DNA of 34,213 bases, taken from positions 1 to 34,213 of the IMG/VR virus record IMGVR_UViG_3300020352_000015. One strand, given 5' to 3'. Positions 26,626 through 34,213 of this stretch are shown here, piece after piece. The notes beneath the pieces are model-generated. The model was not told the origin of the DNA and did not search any database. It saw only the letters and a program-made list of their open reading frames with translations. The translations under genes and the position numbers were made by a program. Position 1 is the first letter of the stretch, and each line of letters begins with the position of its first letter. This DNA is from a virus. Its lineage: Duplodnaviria > Caudoviricetes.

Positions 26626-28392
26626 ATGGCAATGAACTTTCCAAATTCACCATCAGATGGAGACACCCACGAAGTAAATGGGAAAACTTTCATATACAAT
26701 GCAACTAAAGGTATCTGGAGTGTTTCTGGAGCCGTGCAACTCATATCAGTATCAGATACTGCACCAACAAGTCCAGTAAATGGAGATATGTGGTTTAATT
26801 CTACCGACACTAACACTTATATGTGGTATTCGGATGGAGATAGCAACCAATGGATACAATTAAATGGTACTGGTACAGTAGTTCAAAATATTACAAATAA
26901 TGTTTTTGATACTCCCACAATCACATCCGTATCTCCTGCTAATTATAACGGCACCGATGCAACTACATTTACAATAATTGGAACTAACTTTAATGTTGGA
27001 ACAATAGTGACGTTCATAGATTCTGGTGGAAATGAATATAATGCATCAACAACCTCTGTCATAACTCAAGGAGAATTGGCAGCTGTAACACCACAGGCAT
27101 TCACTGCGCCGCAGGGCCCGTTAGATGTGAAAGTCACTACAGGTGGCGGTGCTGCAACTGTGACAGCAACAGATATGATACAAACTGGCGGTTCTCCAGT
27201 GTGGACAACTGCTGCTGGCAATCTTGGCGATTTTAATAAGGATGCGGTTCCAAATCCAGTTGTAGATTTAGATGCAACCGATCCAGACGGTGATCCTATA
27301 CTCTATAGCATACAATCAGGAGCTACTCCAGCAGGAACATCAATTGATGGAAGTACTGGTATTATTTCTGGCACTTTTGATGATTCTGGACTTTCTGGAG
27401 ACACAACATATTCATTTAATGCCGGAGTTAATGATACAGCAGGAAATATGGTAACTAGAAATTTCAATATTATTGTTAGAGATCAACTTAGTTATTTTGA
27501 TATTTCAAATATGCCTGGCTTACTAGAAAACGATCAATCTGTCAATGTGTATGGTGGGCCCAATGGTTGGGAAACCGCATACGGAACTAGTATAAATAAT
27601 TACATGTCGATTTCCATGAGCAATGATGGAAGTCATTTGATGGTTGGAGATAATACCAATTTGTTTGTATGGGCTCTAGGCTCTTCACATGATTTAAATA
27701 GTATTTCTTCTCCCCCCACAGTGTTTGGATATACTGGAACAAACGGACTCCCGAGCCCGGGCGTAACTCCAGATGTCGTGCATGATGGAACAAGTACACA
27801 TATTGTATATGGTACATGGACAAGCAATTTAGGCAAATATGCAACAATGTCAAATGTTTCTGGTGGAACTATGGATATTTCTCATAATTGGAATGGGGAT
27901 TCTAAGACTCCACAGTATGGGCCCATGCACGATAACCAACTATCGTATGGTACATCTTGGGCGGGTGAAGGTAATTATATTGCTCAAGGAAGACACAACA
28001 ATGTATTTATATACCCAACAGCATCACAATGGCATGTAGACACAGGATCATCGATCTCTGGTAGTCATTCTATTGATGTTGGCGTTAGTGGACTAGTAGA
28101 TGTTGATGCAGAAATCAAACCTTGGGCAGCTGGAACAATTCCCAAAGTTTGGTGGTTACAAAAAAGCGGATTGGATCTTTATTTAAGACAAGCATCTGCA
28201 AGTGTACATAATCCAACTTCGGCATCGCAATGGACACTGGATGGACACAAGGCATTTTCAACTGCTTGGACTGATGGTGCAAGTGCGATGCGAAATCCTA
28301 GGCTCCATGTAACACCATCTTATGTATTCGTATTGACCAGCGCGAGTTCGCCATCGAACACAATAAAAGTTAAAAGATATCCAGTAGCATAA
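26626..28392 (+). CDS. Tail fibre-like protein (docking motif, IPT/TIG, Ig-like, variable C-terminus)
   Basis: MAMNFPNSPSDGD; module shared with 20198-25009. Confidence 0.8.
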   Translation: MAMNFPNSPSDGDTHEVNGKTFIYNATKGIWSVSGAVQLISVSDTAPTSPVNGDMWFNSTDTNTYMWYSDGDSNQWIQLNGTGTVVQNITNNVFDTPTITSVSPANYNGTDATTFTIIGTNFNVGTIVTFIDSGGNEYNASTTSVITQGELAAVTPQAFTAPQGPLDVKVTTGGGAATVTATDMIQTGGSPVWTTAAGNLGDFNKDAVPNPVVDLDATDPDGDPILYSIQSGATPAGTSIDGSTGIISGTFDDSGLSGDTTYSFNAGVNDTAGNMVTRNFNIIVRDQLSYFDISNMPGLLENDQSVNVYGGPNGWETAYGTSINNYMSISMSNDGSHLMVGDNTNLFVWALGSSHDLNSISSPPTVFGYTGTNGLPSPGVTPDVVHDGTSTHIVYGTWTSNLGKYATMSNVSGGTMDISHNWNGDSKTPQYGPMHDNQLSYGTSWAGEGNYIAQGRHNNVFIYPTASQWHVDTGSSISGSHSIDVGVSGLVDVDAEIKPWAAGTIPKVWWLQKSGLDLYLRQASASVHNPTSASQWTLDGHKAFSTAWTDGASAMRNPRLHVTPSYVFVLTSASSPSNTIKVKRYPVA

Positions 28393-28409
28393 TACAGAGG
28401 AACAGATAA

Positions 28410-31361
28410 ATGGCAATCAATTTTCCAAATAGTCCGGCAAATGGCGATACACATACCGCGGCAGGAACTACATATGTTTATGATGCAACAAATAGTGTCT
28501 GGAAGAGACAAGGATCGTCTGGTGGATTTGATCCAGCATCAGTTTCTGAAAGTCTTATACCAGATGCGAATGAAACATATGATTTGGGTAGCTCGACAAA
28601 TAAATTTAGAGATTTATATCTTAGTGGGAATAGTATCACACTCGGCACTGTTGAACTATCAGATAATGGTGGAGCTTTAGAAGTCACGCCTACTGGTGGG
28701 GGAAGTGCAGAACCCTTTGCAACAGAAACATATGTCACAACTCAAGTAAACAATTTAGTAGATGCAGCGCCTGGAGCGTTGGACACTCTCAACGAACTTG
28801 CAGCTGCACTAGGAGATGACGCTGCGTTTAGTACAACGGTTACTAACTCATTAGCGACTAAGGCAGACACTTCATCTCTTGCAACGGTAGCAACATCTGG
28901 TTCATATAATGACTTGTCGAATACGCCGACGATACCTAACTCTGTAGATATTTCTGGAAAACAAGATAAACTTGTAGGGTTTAATATATCTTCTGCAAGT
29001 TATACTGCTGCAACCCAAGTATATTCTCAAGATAATACTCCTATGGGAATGGTAGTAAATCCAGCTGGTACAACTCTATTAATGTTTGGTTGGCAAAATG
29101 ATAGAATATATGAATATTCAATGTCAACCGCATGGGATGTTTCCACTCTAACATATACCAATAGATCTCATGATATTTCCAACGATTCTGGATTTATATC
29201 TAATTTAGTATATAATAATGATGGTACTAAACTTTTTGCTACTGATCAGAGCAGTGACTTAATTATTCAAATGGATCTTGGCACACCTTATCAATTGAAT
29301 AGTATAACTGCGACAACACCTCAAAATACCAACACTCAATTATCCAACAGTATTTCCTCACCGCAAGATGTGGAATGGTATGATAATGGGAACAAAGCAA
29401 TATTCGTAAATGGTAGTAGAATATATAAAGTTGATGCAGGGGCCGCTTATACTGTGGGTGGGCCGAATTTAACAACTCCAGATTCTAATTATGTCGACCT
29501 TCACAATTCACCACCAAACTCTGGTGGGATTATAAAACTAGGTCTTGCTCAAGATTCATCCGACCCTTCAAACCACTCAGTTCGTGGAATTAAATTTAAT
29601 AATGATGGTACTGAATTACATGTACTAGCCCAAGTTATAAGTAGTGGAGGGGAAACGGTTATTTATGTTTTAGATCTATCAACGCCGTATGATATATACA
29701 CTGCCACAGTTGATTTTTCTAAGAAAAAAATCTTTGACCTTTACCATAGTAATGCAACAAGTTTTGCATTTAAACCAGATGGTACTAAACTCTTTATGTT
29801 GGAAAGGGGTTCTGCAAACGGTGGAACAACTAATGCGGTATATGAATACAAAACTGGCGGACAATTAATTGATATTGTAAATTCAAAGAGCGACTTTGAT
29901 GGACAATATTCAAGTCTTACGGGAGCTCCAACTCTCGCAACAGTTGCTACATCTGGTTCATATAACGACTTAACTAATCAACCAACTATTCCATCTACTA
30001 GTGGACTTGCAACTGAAACATATGTTAATACACAGGTATCAAATCTAGTAGATTCTGCCCCGGCAACTCTTGACACTCTGAACGAATTGGCAGCTGCACT
30101 AGGTGATGATGCAAACTTCAGCACAACAATCACCAACCAGATCGCGGCGAAGGCAGATGCATATAGTATTGCAACTGTAACTGCTTCGGGTGGCAACTTC
30201 TATATCGATGGGGTACAGCAAGTAACTCTATCATTTGAGCCTGGCAGAACATATAGATTTGATCAGGCAGATTCTTCAAACAGTTCTCACCCTCTAAGGT
30301 TTTCCACAACTTCTGATGGAACCCATGGTGGTGGCTCTGAATATACAACTGGAGTGACTACAAATGGTACTGCTGGTTCAGCTGGTGCATATGTCCAGAT
30401 TGCAATCACAAATGCAACACCTACATTATATTACTATTGTGTAAATCATGGTGGTATGGGTGCTGGAAGTGTTGTTGGCAATTTCTCTGGTGCATATTCT
30501 GATTTAACAGGAGCTCCTTCCATTCCATCAGCATATACAGATAGTGCAGTAGATACTCATCTAAATCAAAGTTCTGCTACTACTGGACAGATCTTGTCGT
30601 GGAACGGAACTGATTATGCATGGATAGATGCTGCAGCAGGCGGTGGTTCTTCGGTATCAGTTTCATCAACAGCACCATCATCTCCATCAGAAGGTGATTT
30701 GTGGTTTGATGAAGATGATTTAGTAATGTATGTTTGGTATACAGACGGCGATTCATCTCAATGGATTGAGGCAAATAGTGTCACTGCAGCTGCAGCGACA
30801 ATTCATGCATCAGATACAGCACCCACAGGCCCATCAAGTGGAGACTTGTGGTTTAATACAACGTTGCTGGATCTATATGTATATTATGCGGATGGAGACT
30901 CAAATCAATGGGTTCAAGTTGGTGGTGCAGCTAATAGCCAAACCAGTGGTTCTGGTGGGGGAAGCAGCGTTCAATCCTTAATAGAAACGGCAAATACCTC
31001 TGTTACAACTACGGATACTGGAACTGATGGCCATATTGATTTTACTACAAATGGAACATTAAGATGGGAAATTGATAGCAACGGACATATATTACCACAC
31101 TCTAATGCATCATTTGACATTGGTAGTGCTGAAAAGAAAGTGAGATATCTATTCCTAGATTCTAATACAATGTTTGTCGGTGATACTTCATTTAGTGAAG
31201 ATAATATTGATAGAAGTATGGAAGTATATACAGATCAACCAGCCCCATCATCAAGCACCGATGAAGGAAAGAAAGGTGATGTAAGAATCGTAGGAAACTA
31301 CATGTATGTTTGCATAAATACTAATGAGTGGATCAGAACTCAAATAGAGAAAGATTGGTAG
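28410..31361 (+). CDS. Tail fibre-like protein with beta-propeller repeats and cupredoxin-like domain
   Basis: MAINFPNSPANGD; 2x LDTLNELAAALGDD; xDGTKLF repeats; LYYYCVNHGGMG. Confidence 0.85.
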   Translation: MAINFPNSPANGDTHTAAGTTYVYDATNSVWKRQGSSGGFDPASVSESLIPDANETYDLGSSTNKFRDLYLSGNSITLGTVELSDNGGALEVTPTGGGSAEPFATETYVTTQVNNLVDAAPGALDTLNELAAALGDDAAFSTTVTNSLATKADTSSLATVATSGSYNDLSNTPTIPNSVDISGKQDKLVGFNISSASYTAATQVYSQDNTPMGMVVNPAGTTLLMFGWQNDRIYEYSMSTAWDVSTLTYTNRSHDISNDSGFISNLVYNNDGTKLFATDQSSDLIIQMDLGTPYQLNSITATTPQNTNTQLSNSISSPQDVEWYDNGNKAIFVNGSRIYKVDAGAAYTVGGPNLTTPDSNYVDLHNSPPNSGGIIKLGLAQDSSDPSNHSVRGIKFNNDGTELHVLAQVISSGGETVIYVLDLSTPYDIYTATVDFSKKKIFDLYHSNATSFAFKPDGTKLFMLERGSANGGTTNAVYEYKTGGQLIDIVNSKSDFDGQYSSLTGAPTLATVATSGSYNDLTNQPTIPSTSGLATETYVNTQVSNLVDSAPATLDTLNELAAALGDDANFSTTITNQIAAKADAYSIATVTASGGNFYIDGVQQVTLSFEPGRTYRFDQADSSNSSHPLRFSTTSDGTHGGGSEYTTGVTTNGTAGSAGAYVQIAITNATPTLYYYCVNHGGMGAGSVVGNFSGAYSDLTGAPSIPSAYTDSAVDTHLNQSSATTGQILSWNGTDYAWIDAAAGGGSSVSVSSTAPSSPSEGDLWFDEDDLVMYVWYTDGDSSQWIEANSVTAAAATIHASDTAPTGPSSGDLWFNTTLLDLYVYYADGDSNQWVQVGGAANSQTSGSGGGSSVQSLIETANTSVTTTDTGTDGHIDFTTNGTLRWEIDSNGHILPHSNASFDIGSAEKKVRYLFLDSNTMFVGDTSFSEDNIDRSMEVYTDQPAPSSSTDEGKKGDVRIVGNYMYVCINTNEWIRTQIEKDW

Positions 31362-31370
31362 GACAGATAG

Positions 31371-34213
31371 ATGGCAGTTAATTTTCCCAATTCTCCAGCA
31401 AACGGCGCAACAGTCTCAGTTGGAAATAAAACTTTAGAGTATAATTCGATAACTGGAACGTGGCAGATTCAGGCATCTAATATTGGAGCATTTTCGGTTT
31501 CAGATACTGCTCCCAGTTCTCCAGTCAATGGAGATTTATGGTTTAACAGCGCATCATTAAATTTATATGCATATTATGCAGATGTAGATTCTTCACAATG
31601 GTTGCAAGTAGGAACTGATGCAGAAGAAGCACAACAATTATCCGCCACATCGTCAGATACAGCACCAACTTCTCCCAATGCCGGCGATATGTGGTTTGAT
31701 ACATCTGAATTAAATTTGTATATTTACTATAATGATGGGAACACTAGTCAATGGGTACAGATGAACTCAGAAAATACTGACGGAATATCTGATGTTTCCG
31801 ATTTAACAGATACAACAAATCTTCTGTTTGATGGACAATATTCAAGTCTTACTGGAGCTCCAACATCATCTACTGCTGGTGCATTGGGTACACTTACAAA
31901 AACATTTGTACAAAATGAAGAAGCAGAAATCACTCTATCAGAGACTATCTCTCCAGTTCCAAATGTAAGTGTTTTCAAAGAAGTACCGCAAGGTGGATTG
32001 ACATCCAAAGGAAATTGGGATGTTAATGCTAATGCAACTAATTACGAGTTCTTTGATGAAAAACCTATTTCTTATGCTAGTTCAACATTAACACCAAGTG
32101 CAACAGGAGATGGCACATTCGATAGTAGTAATCCAATCTCGCGTAGACACATCCCTGCATCAACAGCGGCAACTACATATGCCACATATGGCGCTGGATT
32201 TAGTGGAGGTCAATTTTCACTTAATAATAGTTATTGGGGTGGTGCGTTATTGAGTAATGATGGTACAAAATTCTGGATGGTTAGAAATTATGAAGGTAGT
32301 AATTCTGACGAAGCTCATATTTATGCATGGACTCTTTCAACTCCATTTCGCGTAGATACCGCAGCTGCTGTTGGTTCTGCTGCTGTAAAAGTAATAACTG
32401 AAATGACTAATATTTCTACCATGTTATTTAATAATGATGGTACTAAGATAGTTTGTGCCAATGGTAGTAATTTTTATCAGTTCGATCTATCTACTGCATA
32501 TGACTTATCTACAATGGGGTCTGGAACAGAGTCCAACTGGAGGATTGACTTACAAAGAGATCCATTATATATTGACTGGTCAGGAAGTGGTGACAAACTT
32601 ATCATTACTGAAGCCTGGACTTCTGGAGGTCACTCTACAAGAGTTAGAGTATTTGATTTAAATACACCGTATGATATTACAACTATGGCAAATTTGCCGG
32701 TTGGAACAACTACAAGTTTTGATGCTACCAATCCATATTATTCAATTTACAGTTCAAATATCTATCAAAAAGGATGGAAAATATCACAGGATGGTTTAAA
32801 ATTCTATGCAATAGATACTGCGAATGGTAAAACACTTACAAAAGAATTACCTTCAGCGTGGGTTATGAAAACGGGCTCTGTAACTACTGGTGACCAAGGT
32901 GGACTTGGTGATGGAAACAACTGGCTTACTGCCGCCGAAGATGACTATGATCTCATAACAGGAAATTACAGTAATGTGACTTGGACGCAAAACGGATCTG
33001 CAATAATTTTATTCAACGGCGCAATCGCGCCCAACTACTTAGATATCATACCTTTACCTGCTACACAAGTATTTTCATCTACAGATGTAGGTAAAGTAGT
33101 TACCGGCAATTCAGGATCTGCTATTATCTCAGCAACTTCTGGAACCTATAAATCAGTTACTGCTTTTGCGGATACTTCTACAATTTCTTCTTGGACACTC
33201 ACATCTTCACAAGGTAAGGCTGATGGTTCTGGAATCGAATTAACAGGTTATGAAACTTCTTTTGATTGGTTGGGTCATGATAAGACTACTCCATTCAGTT
33301 CAAAGAGTGGAAGTTTTCCTGGCTGGGGTCAAAGTGATGGTATTGGAGATTACCAAAGACATTGTTTAAGCCCGAATGGTGACTATTATTACATGTTTAC
33401 ACAGGGGTCACAGCTCACCAATAAAATTTATAAATGGGAATTGACTACGCCTTATGATCTTTCAACTATGTCGTATGTCGCAAATTATGCTTGGGCGTAT
33501 TATAACAATCTAAAACAAATGATGTTTAGCGCAGATGGAAATCAATTCATTACCAACAATTCCACATATCACTATATTAGATGGCAAACCGCAGTTGATG
33601 GCAACTATTCGGGTGCCGATACTCAAAACTCAGCGTCATCTACAACTGGCTCAAGAACATTTCACTATGGCGCATTGATATCAGATAAAACAGCTAATGC
33701 GAATTGGTGGTTTTGGATAAATGAAGCAGGCACGAAATTATTTGTCGCCGAGAGTTGGTATGATAAGATGTATTCTTGGGATATTAGTACGGCATGGGAT
33801 TTGTCTACAGTAGATACTTCATCACAAGTGAATTATGCTGCAAATGGTAACATTGGAACCGATATGTTCGCCTTTAAAAATGACGGAACTGAATTTCTCA
33901 CATATAAAAAACTATATCAAAATTTTCCAACACCATATAATTCTACAAATGCTTTGACCGTAACACCAATCGCTACAAATGTTTATAACGGTACTTTAAA
34001 TTATATAAGTCTTGACCAAAAAACGTATTTAACTGGGGATAGTAATTCAAACGTTTCTATTTACAGAGATCTTGGCGCAACTGCCAAATCTTGGCCAATA
34101 TATTCTCCAGTCCTAACTGGTTCTACTGGTCAAATCAATTCATCATCGTGGGTTGATCTCGATTCTATGGTTGCAGATGAAACCAAGAATGATGGTGATG
34201 TATTCTATGCAGT
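31371..34213 (+). CDS. Tail fibre-like protein, 3'-truncated by window end (absent from ORF track)
   Basis: ATG 31371 MAVNFPNSPANG...; the same frame reads SSSWVDLDSMVADETKNDGDVFYA at the window end; NDGTK and YDLST propeller repeats. Confidence 0.85.
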   Translation, partial: MAVNFPNSPANGATVSVGNKTLEYNSITGTWQIQASNIGAFSVSDTAPSSPVNGDLWFNSASLNLYAYYADVDSSQWLQVGTDAEEAQQLSATSSDTAPTSPNAGDMWFDTSELNLYIYYNDGNTSQWVQMNSENTDGISDVSDLTDTTNLLFDGQYSSLTGAPTSSTAGALGTLTKTFVQNEEAEITLSETISPVPNVSVFKEVPQGGLTSKGNWDVNANATNYEFFDEKPISYASSTLTPSATGDGTFDSSNPISRRHIPASTAATTYATYGAGFSGGQFSLNNSYWGGALLSNDGTKFWMVRNYEGSNSDEAHIYAWTLSTPFRVDTAAAVGSAAVKVITEMTNISTMLFNNDGTKIVCANGSNFYQFDLSTAYDLSTMGSGTESNWRIDLQRDPLYIDWSGSGDKLIITEAWTSGGHSTRVRVFDLNTPYDITTMANLPVGTTTSFDATNPYYSIYSSNIYQKGWKISQDGLKFYAIDTANGKTLTKELPSAWVMKTGSVTTGDQGGLGDGNNWLTAAEDDYDLITGNYSNVTWTQNGSAIILFNGAIAPNYLDIIPLPATQVFSSTDVGKVVTGNSGSAIISATSGTYKSVTAFADTSTISSWTLTSSQGKADGSGIELTGYETSFDWLGHDKTTPFSSKSGSFPGWGQSDGIGDYQRHCLSPNGDYYYMFTQGSQLTNKIYKWELTTPYDLSTMSYVANYAWAYYNNLKQMMFSADGNQFITNNSTYHYIRWQTAVDGNYSGADTQNSASSTTGSRTFHYGALISDKTANANWWFWINEAGTKLFVAESWYDKMYSWDISTAWDLSTVDTSSQVNYAANGNIGTDMFAFKNDGTEFLTYKKLYQNFPTPYNSTNALTVTPIATNVYNGTLNYISLDQKTYLTGDSNSNVSIYRDLGATAKSWPIYSPVLTGSTGQINSSSWVDLDSMVADETKNDGDVFYA

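Noticed and set aside
15711-32661. Many short antisense or alternate-frame ORFs in the track (e.g. 17551-18096, 21011-21454, 25912-26259)
   Set aside because: Fully nested in long structural genes with no recognisable motifs; shadows of codon bias
20198-34213. Diversity-generating retroelement acting on the fibre genes
   Set aside because: No reverse transcriptase in the window, and I saw no repeat pair differing mainly at adenines
31362-34213. Apparent 2.8-kb gap without a long ORF in the track
   Set aside because: It is a fibre gene starting at 31371 that runs off the window end, so it was omitted for lack of a stop codon

Overview
AT-rich fragment of a large T4-like (myovirus-type) phage genome, probably marine; an alphaproteobacterial host is inferred only indirectly. 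Left half (1-15.6 kb, mostly minus strand) is an accessory/early region. It holds two tRNAs (Trp-CCA, Tyr-GUA), a putative ~158-nt structured ncRNA, many small hypothetical genes behind a repeated sigma70-like promoter (GCCCTTGACA-N17-TAnnnT) tied to GANTC/TGATTCG sites, and auxiliary genes: glutaredoxin, YkuK-type RNase H fold, DNA methyltransferase, SleB-type cell-wall hydrolase, AbrB-like regulator, ClpP, SbmA/BacA transporter, a MotA/TolQ/ExbB + MotB/ExbD-like membrane pair, a secreted ClpP-fold protein, class 3 lipase, GuaC and a MazG-like protein. Right half (15.7-34.2 kb, plus strand, T4-type late promoters TATAAATA) is an array of paralogous modular tail-fibre/virion proteins with shared N-terminal docking motifs, Ig-like and beta-propeller repeats and two cupredoxin-like domains. 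Best novel-system candidates: (i) the ExbB/ExbD-like + membrane protein + SbmA + ClpP operon with a divergent secreted ClpP-fold gene, (ii) the GANTC-linked promoter family, (iii) the structured ncRNA. All calls are by eye from motifs; no searches were run.
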